A stretch of DNA of 64,000 nucleotides. It comes from Candidatus Micrarchaeota archaeon. Its GTDB lineage: Archaea > Iainarchaeota > Iainarchaeia > Iainarchaeales > JAGVWC01. The number at the start of each line of letters is the position of its first letter. Within the stretch, counting starts at the first letter, position 1. The stretch spans positions 32,001-96,000 of the forward strand of contig JAZDJR010000014.1 in the NCBI GenBank assembly GCA_043803815.1. The letters run 5' to 3'. Both the position numbers and the translations under genes were made by a program. Under the pieces are notes generated by a model. The model searched no databases. It was not told the DNA's origin and saw only the letters and a program-made list of their open reading frames with translations. Shown here piece after piece: positions 47,101 through 57,600 of this stretch.

Positions 47101-49111
47101 CAAATTCGTCAAGCCGCTGGCCGGATTCTGTTACTTGGCTTTGCGGAATCTTGACCAAAAACCTTCCCACATAATCCTGCCCCGGCGCAAGCGATACCGT
47201 TTGGGTGGTGCTGTTAGGCGCAAAAAAATTGCCCTGGAATAATTCCAAAAACTCGACTTGGAATTTGGTTACCGGCGGGTACAACGTGACCGTCAGTTGC
47301 TGGACGGTTTGAGGAATGATTTCGATTTCAGGAGTGACAAACGACGCCAAATTTTCTTTTTGGACGATTGCAAAAACTTTTTTGTCCGCGCGGGTTTCAA
47401 AATTCAGCACGCCTTGTCCGTCGGTCGGAACGGGCCCGCCGCCAAACGTATTATTGGTCAAAGTGTCAATCAAAAAAACGGTTGCGAACGGAACCGGTTG
47501 GCCATCCTTGTCGATTACGAGCAAGCGCAAAGTGCCGTTTGGAATCTGCATGGTAACCGTCAAATTGGGCCTTGAATCCGACTGGTTTTGGTTGTTAAAA
47601 TAAGCGGGGTCTGCCCAACCCGAAATTTTTCCCTTGGACGCAAATGCGGTGTACGTTCCCGCGGGCATTCCGCTGAATCGGACCTGGCCGTTCATGTCCG
47701 ATAATTTTTGGTCTGTTCCCAAAAAGAATTTCCCTTCGTTTGCCATGGTAACGCTTGCGTTCTGGACGGGCTTTCCGTCCTGGTCGACGACCTGCACTAA
47801 AACGGTTCCGCCGCAGGCAACAGACAGCGGATTGAGTTCGATGATATACTGGCCGGGAACGATTCGGATGCCGGTTCTGGTTTCAAAGCAATAATTGGCG
47901 GCGGTAATTGCAACGTCGAATTCCGCATCCTGATTAACGTTGAAAATGACAAATCCGTTGTTGTCCGAACTCGTGGTTTTGCGGTCGATTTCAACCCGGT
48001 TTAAACGCAAAGAAACCGACGCGTTATTGACCGCGGTTTGAAGAGCCTTGTCCACGATTTTGATTTTGATGCTGCCGACAATATTGCGGGTTAACGCGAG
48101 CGAAACCACGGTGCGCTGGTTGGCTTGGATGATAACGCTTGATTTGGTTTGCGAACCGAAGTTTGCGGTTGCCTGTGTGCGGATGGTATATGTTCCGGTG
48201 TTGACAAAATCAAAAAACGCGGTGCCGCTGGCGCTTGCTTTTTGCAAAACCAAAATGCTTCCGGTCGAATCGAACAACTGCACCATGACCGGTTCCAATA
48301 CCGGGCTTGCGCCATCGGTCAAGTCCACTTCAAGGCTTCCCTGGCTCTGATCCAAAGAACCTTCCGACAAAGTCAGGGTAATTATTTGCGGTTCGTTGTA
48401 AATCGGCTGGGATTCGACAGTTCTGAATTTGGAACTGGTTACTCTCGCCACTAATCCGTTGCAGTTTCCGGGTTCGACTACCTGCGCTTGTCCCGTTGCG
48501 GTCGTAATCGAATCGGGAACGCGGGCGCTCGGGTTCAGGCAAAAAAACGTCAGGCGGATTTCTTCGTTGATAATCGGCTGGTTGTCGGTGTTGACCAGGC
48601 GAATCGTGTGCAGTTTTGTTTCTCCGGTTCCGCCGCCGCCATCGCTTCCAATCGGCATTAAGCGCGCGGTATGCGTGATTGAATTCAACAGTTTGATGGT
48701 GTCCGACGTGTACGGCTCATAGCCGTCCTGATTAATGGTTACTATAATGTCCGAATTTTTCGGGATTGAAAAAGCGGACGTGCTTCCATTGATTGCGGTT
48801 GCCGCGTTCAGGGTTTTGCCGCCGAATGTGACAATCACATTGACATTGGCCAATGGCTGGTCCTGGTCGTCCAGCACGCTGACAATGAACTGCTGGTTTT
48901 GGCCGCTGAAATAATTGAACGCGAAAAAACCCGCGGCCAGAACCAATAAAAGAATAATAACCAAAACAATGGCAAATGAAGGAACTATTTTGTCCAAGGG
49001 TTCGATGACTGAATAAACCGGAATGCCTTTGGAATCCAATGAATCCAAAAATTGGTAATAGCCGTCTTCCCACCGAAAATAAGTGTCGCGAATAGAATCC
49101 ATCAAACCCAA
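41132..49111 (-). CDS. Giant (2659 aa) membrane-anchored surface protein with carboxypeptidase-regulatory-like repeats and Gly/Tyr-rich segments
   Basis: N-terminal anchor paralogous to 51692..60832; V.D..G.PV.NA.V repeats; Cys-linked beta domains. Confidence 0.88.
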   Translation of the reverse strand: MGLMDSIRDTYFRWEDGYYQFLDSLDSKGIPVYSVIEPLDKIVPSFAIVLVIILLLVLAAGFFAFNYFSGQNQQFIVSVLDDQDQPLANVNVIVTFGGKTLNAATAINGSTSAFSIPKNSDIIVTINQDGYEPYTSDTIKLLNSITHTARLMPIGSDGGGGTGETKLHTIRLVNTDNQPIINEEIRLTFFCLNPSARVPDSITTATGQAQVVEPGNCNGLVARVTSSKFRTVESQPIYNEPQIITLTLSEGSLDQSQGSLEVDLTDGASPVLEPVMVQLFDSTGSILVLQKASASGTAFFDFVNTGTYTIRTQATANFGSQTKSSVIIQANQRTVVSLALTRNIVGSIKIKIVDKALQTAVNNASVSLRLNRVEIDRKTTSSDNNGFVIFNVNQDAEFDVAITAANYCFETRTGIRIVPGQYIIELNPLSVACGGTVLVQVVDQDGKPVQNASVTMANEGKFFLGTDQKLSDMNGQVRFSGMPAGTYTAFASKGKISGWADPAYFNNQNQSDSRPNLTVTMQIPNGTLRLLVIDKDGQPVPFATVFLIDTLTNNTFGGGPVPTDGQGVLNFETRADKKVFAIVQKENLASFVTPEIEIIPQTVQQLTVTLYPPVTKFQVEFLELFQGNFFAPNSTTQTVSLAPGQDYVGRFLVKIPQSQVTESGQRLDEFGLHIRTGKDTIMEKDLLFIKSANAPQSNILKSTSFTGNYTVDIGQATNANAKWANIVWKQPRASVYLVEAPIHIKEAASLGDQLTVYYRGWTKKGGTIVRDPVDNSGSANDLYSDAKLASFVVGSGTLCDDRFCFEASIRDVNEELNLPANNNSFDAQLFKNYVLSFSLANVSGKDVDSFKNAELRVKNKPESLEMSAYTIQTAFSTGSQPVSGTLKGYELPHIDIGDFSPQRHISGTISFTPKKAVDSSLFIQIVDKDQSKIVFEGELLFRIPSEKELSLTVTPDLLPAGIENEVTVNVTDSATGEPLDRAVVTVLDRFERSLLTSTTNSQGNAIITLPSQLPGEKLVVKAEKTDYKPAQKDLSVSGDVAVVRPTQLGFGFNANTKKTEQKTVDVENKTLFSLFVRKIQMTGKFYGLIDETALSNSLGLYSQNEIKAGETKQFPITMQLSELGNQVSEPVDITGNIDIELENFGHAWAFDIPVAINIGIGGELDDPACLSVSKSEWKTSTEGKPVFVEFDIENNCSVGGTPVALQEIEAKIEWQSNRAGDFDIVTSSGGSTLRTGFFKTILPAMASEEKSHAKLTFTPSGGIFDIAQAIIQFQASHPTDAKPQIVKASLSASIEVINLKECVAFSKEQLEMVTQNIFAPRLNGFGQSYNQQILNGDFENVGQGSFGGLAGGYGGFGGASGLSGIGGYGGIGGYGSGYGSPGGFGGGIGPGFAPSLAYSQADSPYGAYPSGYAGYGQTNNGYGTFGSNGTTNSGVLSATTGTANTASTASTTPLTGQQVLPLAAGGMAAPVQDSFKIKTTKCGGPVTITFESPLNMNVQQIQLKADDESDQIVVMGEDNYPGQYGVKVYIQSSDIRTPKPIKNIPVVIHTNPQDCIQINKFEFNIFKGNQSQGIDTTRAFNFCLDKPVPIMVDKHSFKEAQKAGKKAAAMGLMIGMMQQVFNGNLAEKLKSDSPDKDSKDNNEKSGSSSTVVPASPCGNLDPNYTCKGMAMVKLSNGQLVQQPLIMNNTIGASGSNFYYTQNGGVYTQVGYNPQGYYELLNSGTNNPASGTPNGTTAPGGTILPTARPAKTSNLPISNTGLIGLPMGSSDVEIEHTGNAQIDKAREKDASELADLQTITAAVTVAGGGNDPFSMAMMMYAAGTLQAYSAQEDVRLLLVQKDLELGGGLFGFGFSFGGNGLPSGLGGGSSNGGILGQNSGLGGIGQAIGGLLDSILPYNRQAFFLIQTPGTQTNVPFDGAALSEYRRPTFSPRLDNQALQTETAYLKIENTGNLLQPDQYSPFYAVMDVKGTRHFYNPDQAYKKEVPTQLREAQSQNIDAKFHIQLNSYQADLNNTLGSNEIGNCQIGALTGSTGANAVPKVKFSWNWTDIKADSCDSDNPSHIYCDATQFSIALLQKLQSLREFLEANSNGLECPPLIGTEPAIRQDLSTTALDVGLTGIETKKSGADINVVTTIESNNQRLLTATVTTTISDKNSGQALQTCTNTATVLSHETVGCTISNIASGTYTLHSAITGIADCVDCQNSSAINDSIAKETRIGLDSGILVCDPVSTSRLESFITATERQNKTIAYPSGLTKEQVLKLVNFEATLIKDGYSADFRNDFHNYALTKTLFQTPQYYSEQDGLGQYFSDPSAFTFDYLGAPVNPLLGPGSYKILVDANFSDKSFTWFKNHQPAAKIIVTMEKTKDAKPSSPFYYLPFDGQIGIDSGRTGYGLNYELLSPEDTVVLNQSTEQSVRLNNIVGSNPVLTLKNQTITDFKTLNIDKRGQVLSIDLGKNELDLAPSLASPVLVKLTNDNKRDAFVFYNLEVDGQKQSNFSSLAKWNGVGKCQDFFGNGMDTYQEYPDRPSGTSSCASRANNSYGLEWCQKDKSGTVFLQSVFYTPVKSISTLAKTESRDDAELIGANTRGTSLELNGVSGLSKDSKDNPIQTVEDVLQLVKDGVVCVNGLGNTQKTDFFWNPKIVLDTLQQETENAQNACIQ

Positions 49112-49365
49112 TGAAATCCCTCTTTAACGTGGTCGAATTAACATACTCGGTTTTGCTTCGTTTTTTTAATATATGGTCAAACAAGGTTTTTTCAGGCCAA
49201 AACCCCCCTAAAACCCTCAAAAATAGGCGCTTGACGTTTAAATAGTTAGCGCCCAAAAATCCCAAAAATCAAGCGATTTAAGCGAAATTTATCGTATCGA
49301 ATTCGCCAATTAACCCCCGATCGCCAAAAAAAATTCAAACCCAAAATTCGGCAACGGTTTTGTAC

Positions 49366-49441
49366 AAAAATCAGCCAACACCATTTTATGGTGTGCGCAT
49401 ACCCAAAGGGTATTGGCCGAAGGCCGACAAGACGGATAATT
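49366..49441 (+). repeat. Family II repeat with three hairpins of cargo
   Basis: AAAAATCAGCC-[ACACCAT-TTT-ATGGTGT][ATACCC-AAA-GGGTAT][TGGCC-GAA-GGCCG]-ACAAGACGGATAATT. Confidence 0.65.
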
Positions 49442-49459
49442 AAAAAACGCTTTTTTGGA

Positions 49460-50755
49460 TTACCGCACGTTTCTGACCAAAAGCGGGGGAATGACGTCGC
49501 TTTCCGCGGCTAACGGCTTGAACCGCGTGTCTATTTTTTCCTGCGAAACCAAACGGTTATTGGACGTTCGAAGGCCGTCAAGTTCGGCGGAAAGCACGAC
49601 TCCGTACTCGGAATCCAAACAAATTTTTGGGGAAACCGCGGGAAAATTCTGGCGCATGTCGGAATCTAAAATCATTCCGGGGTTTTGCGAAACTTCCGCC
49701 AGCTTTTGCAAGGTCTTGTCGCCGTTGACTTGGGCGTCGAACCGTTCGCAGGCGCGGCCTGCAATTTCGATTTCACCGTTTTGGGTAACTGAAAAAACCG
49801 TTCGGAAATTCAATTGCCAGAACCAGTCGCTTTCCGCGGTGTTCCGGCTTTTTTGCAGGAAAAATTCCCGCGTAATGCTGTCCCAGTTTGTGACAAACGA
49901 CTGCAATGCGCGGACCTTGGTTTGTTCCAACGATTCGCGGTCGGTTTTGCGGCAGGTATCGGCATCGACCGGCCCTTCGCAAAAAATCGCGGTTCCGTTG
50001 TAATCAAACCATGTATTGGAATCGCTTCCGGAGATTTCCTCTATCCGAAAACTGTTTTCATATTTCAAAAAAACGGTTTGTTTTTGAATCGGAGCCGAAT
50101 CGCTTTGCAGCCAAACCGTGCGGGTTTGCGCTTCGGAAAAACTTTCCAGATTATTTACTTCGCTTGATTTTTCGCTTAATGTCAAAAACCGGTTTAATGC
50201 CGCGTCGGGAACAACATTGTTCAATGGCGGCTCGAATAAACCGAATAATTTTTCAAAGCTGAATTTTCCCTGCCGAAAATCCTTGGCCAGCACCACTCCG
50301 TTTTGGCTTGCGTACACCAAGGCCTGGCTTGATGCCGAAACAAAAATCGCCAAGGCGATTCCGATTAAAAAAACCGCGATGATTTTTCTGTTCAGCAGGT
50401 TAAATTCGGTTTTTTTGGCCAAATCGTCAAACAGCAGTTCTCCGATTAAAACGCCCAGCAGGCCAAACCACACCAGAACGATGGTTTCGGACAAGACCAA
50501 TAAGATTCCGGAAAACGATACTTTGGCGGCCTGAACAAAACCCAATGCCAAAAAAAACAGGAATCCCAAGCGGCCGAAAAAAAGCAGGGTAAAAACGGCC
50601 ATGACCAGGCCCATCCATGCCAGTTCAAGCGGCGTTGTCAGATTCAGGGTCAACAGGGTATAATGCCACCCGAACATTTTGGCAAGCAAAACCCCGACAA
50701 TCCATGCGCTTAAAAACGCGAAAAAGCTGATGACGAGACTTGATTTGGATGCCAT
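49460..50755 (-). CDS. Membrane protein with extracellular C-terminal domain
   Basis: About five N-terminal TM helices; C-terminal domain with IAGRACERF and ICLDSEYGVVL. Start set at MASKSSL. Confidence 0.72.
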   Translation of the reverse strand: MASKSSLVISFFAFLSAWIVGVLLAKMFGWHYTLLTLNLTTPLELAWMGLVMAVFTLLFFGRLGFLFFLALGFVQAAKVSFSGILLVLSETIVLVWFGLLGVLIGELLFDDLAKKTEFNLLNRKIIAVFLIGIALAIFVSASSQALVYASQNGVVLAKDFRQGKFSFEKLFGLFEPPLNNVVPDAALNRFLTLSEKSSEVNNLESFSEAQTRTVWLQSDSAPIQKQTVFLKYENSFRIEEISGSDSNTWFDYNGTAIFCEGPVDADTCRKTDRESLEQTKVRALQSFVTNWDSITREFFLQKSRNTAESDWFWQLNFRTVFSVTQNGEIEIAGRACERFDAQVNGDKTLQKLAEVSQNPGMILDSDMRQNFPAVSPKICLDSEYGVVLSAELDGLRTSNNRLVSQEKIDTRFKPLAAESDVIPPLLVRNVR

Positions 50756-50879
50756 TTTAACCGAAAATAGTAACGCGATTCCTATTCTAAATGGTTGCGG
50801 TTTGGGTTGGGTGTTTTCTAAAACCAAAAAAAAACAAAATTTTTTATTTGACACCCGATTGGCGGCTTTTGTTGATATT

Positions 50880-50980
50880 CCAAAAATAGCCGGGCTTTAT
50901 TACGTGGAAAAACCCCCGTTAAAATTGGACGAGTTCCCTTGCAGGGGACAAGCGGCGATTGGCGAGAATGACCGCCGGAT
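50880..50980 (+). repeat. Degenerate family II repeat
   Basis: CCAAAAATAGCC...ATTACGTGG (same loop as the 8259 copy)...TCCCTT-GC-AGGGGA-CAAGCGGCGATTGG. Confidence 0.5.
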
Positions 50981-51040
50981 TTTTCACGGCAAAAAGCGAA
51001 ATAAAACGGTTTTAAATACGGGTTTTGCAGTATTTACTAT

Positions 51041-51232
51041 ATGGCGAAAAGCACTCTTCAAACGCAAACGATTCAGAAAATAAACCCGGGAGCCGAACGC
51101 GCCAAAATCGGGCAAGCCCTCAAAAAATGGGTGGATGAAACCGGTTTGCGCGGAAAAAAAATAATTCTGCCGACCCAAAAGCAAAGGGACGAATGGACTA
51201 AAGCGTACCTTGCACGAACTCAAGGGGAGTAA
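51041..51232 (+). CDS. Small basic protein, possible antitoxin
   Basis: 63-aa ORF with TTTAAATA about 30 nt upstream; overlaps the PIN gene tail-to-tail by 35 nt. Confidence 0.55.
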   Translation: MAKSTLQTQTIQKINPGAERAKIGQALKKWVDETGLRGKKIILPTQKQRDEWTKAYLARTQGE

Positions 51233-51626
51233 AACACGAAATAAGGCGCCCCGCTTTTTCCATGTCTTTTTTGTTCCAAGAAACAATTGCATTGCAATTT
51301 GATTCAAGTGCAGCCGCAACATGAACTGCGTCGGCGCGATGGATGCCTGTTTTTTGGGAAACTATTTTTGCTTGCTCACTCGAAGCGTCCTTGACGAATT
51401 CAACAGAAACTCCCAGGCATAAAAACAATTTTTCAACGCTTTTTTTGTCCGAAAAAGCGATTTTGGCGACTTCAAACAGAAAATGGTCGGAAAGCACAAT
51501 ACCGATTTTTTTTCCGCGGCAAAATGAAAAAAAATCTTCGGCTTGCACAAACCGCAGGTTAAACGCTCCGTCGATTTCGCTTTTGACAAACGAAATAAAA
51601 ACGTTGGAATCCAGATAAACCCGCAT
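51198..51626 (-). CDS. PIN-domain (VapC-like) nuclease
   Basis: RVYLDSNVFI, LFEV, ADAVHVAAA and SWNKKD. Confidence 0.88.
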   Translation of the reverse strand: MRVYLDSNVFISFVKSEIDGAFNLRFVQAEDFFSFCRGKKIGIVLSDHFLFEVAKIAFSDKKSVEKLFLCLGVSVEFVKDASSEQAKIVSQKTGIHRADAVHVAAALESNCNAIVSWNKKDMEKAGRLISCFTPLEFVQGTL

Positions 51627-51691
51627 GAAAAAACGATTGCCAAAACAGGTTAAAAAATACGAAAACTTTCGGCGATTGACTTGCGGTTTTT

Positions 51692-54600
51692 TCAGTTGGA
51701 AGTTCCGAATTGGGTCACGCCAAAGCAGGCGTTTAATGAACACGCGATTCCGACGCCGATTTGGGTGACATTCGGGTTCAGCATGTTTTGGCGGTGGCCG
51801 GAGCTGTTGTTCCATTGGTCAAAAAACTTTTGGCTGGCATCGATGGTGGAAATACCCGCGGGGTTGAAGAAAGTAGCGGTGTTTTCGGGGGCAAAAGTGG
51901 AATGGTCAATAGTTCCAACTGAAAGCAGATGTTCGCTCCACGTTTGGGATTGGCGGTCCAAAAAATCGTTTTCGGTTAATGCGGCCAGATTTTGCTTTTG
52001 GCGCTCCGCGTTTACCAGTTCAACTAGTTTTTTTTTTTCAGCGGAATTGTTATTCCCTGCGGCGGGGGGATTCGTATTGTTTCCCGCGGGCGGGGTTACC
52101 GCGGCTCCGCCGGCCTGGCTTGGCAAAGTATACACCGGGTTCCAGTATAATTCCAGCGTGTCAATCGTTGCCTTGACGCAGACTTTGTTTTCTTTGATTG
52201 CGCTTGCAATATCCTTGAGGTTGTAGGTGCCGATTTCGACTTTTTCAAACGGCAGGTTCGTGGTGCCCGTTGCGAGGAACAATTCCTTGTTGTTCGCGGT
52301 CAAGACTGTCGGCTTTAGCGCTCCGGCATTGGCCGTGAGTGCGCCTTGGTAAATCGTCATGGTGGCCGAGCTTGCGGCGCAGCCCAAACTAAACGTGGTC
52401 TTCTGGATTCCAATCGGCAGGTACAAATTGCCGTTGTAATTGTTATTCAGGAAACTGTATTGCGAGTCTCCTACAAGGTTGCAGGCCTGCTTGGGCGTCG
52501 ACTGTCCTTCGTTGACTCCCGCCCAGTTGATTTTTCCATTCAATGCCGCATCGCTGAACTTGAAGAGCGTTCCCGTTTTTCCGCCGGAGTGCGTCAATAC
52601 GAATCCGTAGGGAACGGTCGGGGAATAAATCGCGGTAGTTTGATTAATGGAAAGCAATCTTCCCTGGCTTGATTCGGCATTCGCGGTATCCTTGAAAATG
52701 GACAACGTGAACTGCTTGAACGTGCTCGTGCCGTTAATCGGGCTGAAGCGTTCGGTTCCACTGGAAAACAAGAGTTCGTCTGTGGTTTTGCTAAAAGCGG
52801 TTCCGTAATCGCGCGACTGGGAATTTTGGAGCGACGCGTCCAACGGATTCTGCAAAAGCGGGTTATTCAGTAATTTCGTCTCTGCGGTAAGCGCCTTGGT
52901 AATTTTGACGGTTGAACTTCCTTCGGTTGTTTTCCAGGAATATTCAATGGTCTGGACGTAAACGCCACTGTCGATTGCGCTTGGAGTGGAAGATGGCTGG
53001 CTGGTGGCCGGTGTATTGTTTCCGATTTGGAAGTTCCATTCCTTGACGGTTCCCGCAGTTGTTCTGAATTCCTGCGAGCCGGTCGCGCCGTAGTACGCCG
53101 CAAAGTCGGTCTTAAAAGCCAAGGAATAATTATCCGCAATGAGGTTGGACTTGATGTCTCCTTTGGAATTGGACAAGGTATCCAACAGTGTGACTTGGGG
53201 TTCTTTTTCCAAAAGTTCTTTAATCGGGCTTGCGTCCTGCGCTTTTTTGAATTCCGCGGCGTCCTTATTGTTGTTCCATTCCTTGGTTACCGCGACCGCG
53301 ATTTTCGGCGTCAGGTTCGCATTGGCGAGTGTTTCCAAAAACTTGGCGCTATAATCATATAATCCGGTTACCTTCGGATCTTTTTTGACCAATGATTCGA
53401 TTTTGCAAGTCGGTTCGTTGTTAGTCGCGCAGGTCTTGAACTGCTGGTGCAGGTAGCCGAACTCGTTAAGCGTAAAAACCAACGTAACATTTTCGGGTTT
53501 GCCGGGAACGATTGCGGGAATCGAAACCAAGGGCTCGGCTCCAAGCGATTGGGCTGAAGCGATAAAATCCTTGTTCTCGGTCGAGTTGGTCAGGGTTACT
53601 TCGACCGTGATTTTGTTCTTGTAATTCGGGTCCTGGGCCAAGCCGTTCAGTATCTGCTGCATCGCGTTGATTTTGTCAGCCGGGGTCGCATCGGGTTTTT
53701 TGAAATTGGTTATTGCGCCTTCGATGTCCTTGGTGGACGCAATGTCCTTGAGTGTAATCGTCGCGTTGTCTTTCAAAAAGAACGCCTTGGCTTCCTTGTT
53801 ATTGGAGGGATTGGCAATGAACTTATTGGACGCCGCGTCAAAGTTTGCGTTATCGATAATCGCGTTGGATAATTGGCTTTTCCAGAGCACGAGATTGCCC
53901 GTGTTTTGGAATTCAGATAATTTTTCGCCGAATATTTTGGTCAAGGTGTCTTTGTTGGTTGTGGTGATTGCAAGCAGGTCTTTGGTAATCAATTGCTTGA
54001 TTTTGTTTGTTTTTTTTGCAAGTTCAATCGTGTTTTGCACTCCGTCGCAGTAATAATTCTGGGTGCTCGCGACAACGTCGCAGGCTTTTCCGTTGGTTGC
54101 CGCGTCGCCGCTTAATCCCAAATTGTCATTCCAGTTGAACAATAACAGGTTCAGTCCGGATTTGTTGTATTCGTCCGTTCCGGTTGCGCGGTTGCTTGCG
54201 GTTCCCGAGCAGATGTCGGCTTGCTTGGTGTCAACCGTTGGAGTGCCGGGCGCGTTGTTTCCGGGAACCGGAGTTCCACCGGGACCGCCAGGTCCGCCGG
54301 GTCCCTGGTTTTGGTCTCCCAAGGTTACGCAGGCTTTGACCGGAATTTCAATCGAATAAGTGCCAAACGGTGTTTGGCGCGTGACGGTTGCCTTGATTTT
54401 TTCGTTTAATCGTGCTTCTCCTTTTCCTTTGGCGTTGGTCTTGTCAACCGTGAGTTTGATTGCGCTGTTTCCGGAGTTTCCGCTGATGGATGATTGTTTT
54501 CCCGCGCCGGTTTCAAACGTGAATTTGACTCCGCCGACTTCAAACGATTTGGTCTGGATTTGGATGCTGTCGGTGGGGCTGCAGACGTTTAATGCGGAAG

Positions 54601-57600
54601 CGGGGATTCCGACCGGCGCTGCGGACGGAAGCGTATAATTTTGCGCGTAATACGGATAGGGCTGCGGCAAGGTGGTGGACGCATAGCTGGGCTGCATAGT
54701 TGGTCCAAGCGGGTTGGTGATTGAAGTGGAATAAGGGGAAGCGTATACGCTGGAAGCAATCGGCAAGGCGGAAACATTGGGATTTCGGACTCCGGCATAA
54801 TTAGCGCCGCCCGGTCCGTAGGCGTTTTGTCCGAAAATTCCGCCGTCCATGTCCGCCGAACCGGCTCCGTTAGCCGCAATCGGCACGTTGCGGTACGGAT
54901 TTTGTCCGATGCGAAGCGCTTGGCGTTCGCTGTAAGAATAAGTTTTTTTGGCTCCAAAATCCGCGTCCGTCAAACAGGCGCCGTAATCCAATTCGTTCGG
55001 GTCGACGCATTGCTGGGGAGAAATGGCGGGGTTTCCAAAGTCCGCGATTTCGGGCAACGCGCTCCACATGTCCTGCAGTTCGACCAAAAACATTTTGCGG
55101 CCAACATAACCGTCGGGTGTCATGTATTGCACGATTAATTGCGCGCGTCCTTGCGCGCGGTTCAACGACTGCGAGGCAAACGAGCGGATGCCAAGCACGC
55201 TGTCCGTGATGCTTCCGCCGATTGGAATTTGCTGGGGGCGGTAATCGATGTTTTTGTATAATTCAAAATCAAGCACTTGGTAATATTGCCCCACTCCGGA
55301 AGGAACGGTCTGCAGGTTCAAGGGCTCGATGGATGCCGCAAGCCCGGGATTTCCGGTTTGGTATGCCAACTGGTCGCCGTATCCCTGATTGGAAAATGCA
55401 ATCGAATCGAGGTCGATTCGCACGCCTTGCGAAAAGCAGGTGTTGATTACGGTTGCGCGCTGGGGCTTGGCGACAAAGTCGTTGAATTGGAATTTGCGCT
55501 TGTTCAACTGGATGCAATTGTCGTACAGGCTCGGGTCGCCGCTGGGCATCACGTTGACCAGCAATTGTCCGACGTTTTCGCGCGTGTCTTTGGAGTCTTT
55601 TAGTTTGCCTTTGACTTTGAGCGGATAAATTCCGTAGTATTGCGTGGATTCGACGTGCACGATTTGTTCGGCGTCGGGTTCGAGATTCAAAACCGGCTGG
55701 TCCACCAATAAGGCGGGGTCGGGTTCGAAGCTGATTTCAATCTGCGCCTGGCAATGGTTCAGAATGCGGAACTGGTTGTTGCGGCCGTACATAGAATTGA
55801 ACTGGTTAAAATTTCCGAATTGTCCGCCGAATTGCTGTCCATACTGGCTTGAATAACCGTTGTAATTTGGAATCGAACCGTTTGAGGCGACCGGGCTCCA
55901 GGTATCGTAAGACGGCTGGGAGTAGCCCGCGTACGGATAATTATTGGAGTATAATTGTTCGGGATAATTGACGGTAGTCGGGTTTCCGTTGACCGAACCG
56001 TATCCGCTTTGCAATTGGCTTTGGTAATTGTTGTATCCGCCGGTGAAATCAAACCGGTTCATGCCCGTGTTGCTTCCGCCGGAACCGTAGGGGCTTCCCG
56101 AATACGTATTGTAACCGCTTCCGTAATTTCCGCTGCCGAATGCTCCCGGCGTTCCGTACGTGCCCAGTCCGCTAATGCCGCCGTAAGAACCGCCGGTGTA
56201 AGGGCCCGTTGCGCTTCCGTAGCCGCCGTAGCCGTACTGTCCGCCGTTAATCGCGGAGCCGATTCCATAGTTTCCGCCGCCGTAACCCGAGCCTTGCGCG
56301 CCGTATAATCCGCCGCCATAGCTGCCCATTCCGCTGCCATAACCGTCGGTTCCGCCGTATCCTCCGGCTGCTCCGTAGTAACCCGCGCCTCCGTAACCGT
56401 ATTGTCCGTAAATTCCGTTTCCGATTCCCGGAGAAGTCGAATAAACCGTAATCTGGGGCGGCACGATTTCAACGCAGGCGGTCAAATCGCTGACCTGAAT
56501 CGTGGTAGCAAGTATGGCCACTATGGGCTGAACTCCGTTGTTGGAAACGTGCTGTCCGCGCAAAATAATTTTGAGCTCTCCGCTGCCGGTTTTAATCGAC
56601 GCGTCGGGAGTAAACGTGATAAAAACCACGGATTCGGAATTGGCTGCCAAAAGCGGCGCCACGATTTGGGGCCTGTTGGTCAGGGTAACGCTGACGGGGT
56701 GGCTGATTTGCAGGTTGGCTTTTTTTCCTGTCGGATTGGCGGCTTGCGAGCTTGCGCTGACGGAATTGACAATCAATGTTCCGTTGAATGCCGGTCCGCC
56801 GAGCTGGTAATGCGTTCCTTGCGAGCAGGTTCCGCAAGTAATAGGGAATGTTCCGGATTGGCTTGCGACAAACCGGATGGTTTGCGGAGCAGTCGAACTC
56901 GTGATTTGCTGGTTGATTCCAAAAGCGTCAATCGTGATTCCGTGGCCGTGGCCTTCGGTTCCAGGTTCGGTCGTGGCATTGATGATTACGGTGTCGCCTT
57001 GGTTCACGGTCAGAGTCGAGGGAGAATAACCGCCCAGATGCGTAATGTTTACGGTAAATGTTTTGGTTTGGGCAGCGGTTGAATTGGAACCGGAAGCGGA
57101 ATTATCGATTATATTGGTGTTGCCAAAAGTCGTTCCGCCTGCCGCGATTCCCATTCCTTCCAAGGAAGTATTGGCCAAAGCCGAGCCGTCGGTGAGTTCT
57201 CCGCTTAATACAAAAGCGCCCAAGGGGTTTTGGCTAGCGGGCTGCTGCAAAAACGCTTCAAGGTTGCGCAAAGAAACGCTTCCGTTGGACACCTGGCAGG
57301 TGTTGGTTATTTTGAGTTCCAAAGCCTGGTTTTTGGTGCTGGCGGTACGGATATTCCAGTTGACGGGTTCAATGGTCAGGCATTTAGAGTCGGTTACTTC
57401 CCCGCCGAATCCGATATGCACGGTAATCGGAACCGTGTTTGGCCATGACAGATTTGCGTTCGGGTTTTCGGTTACGATTATCATGTCGCCTTTGATAGTG
57501 ACCGGTGCCAGCAATCGCTTGGCCAAATCGGTAAGCTCCACCCGAATCGAAAAATTATTGTCTTTGCCCGATTCCAGAGTTTGGCCGGCAATGTCCTGCA

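Noticed and set aside
8259-50980. Family II copies as a true integron cassette array
   Set aside because: They have AAC...GTT ends and a bulged stem, but the copies are dispersed in both orientations, the right spacer is too long for attC and no intI is present.
55780-56430. CCGCCGTA-like short repeats as a DNA repeat array
   Set aside because: Explained by Gly-Gly-Tyr codons in the low-complexity protein tract; the same applies to 44760-45150 and the propeller repeats at 27400-28450.
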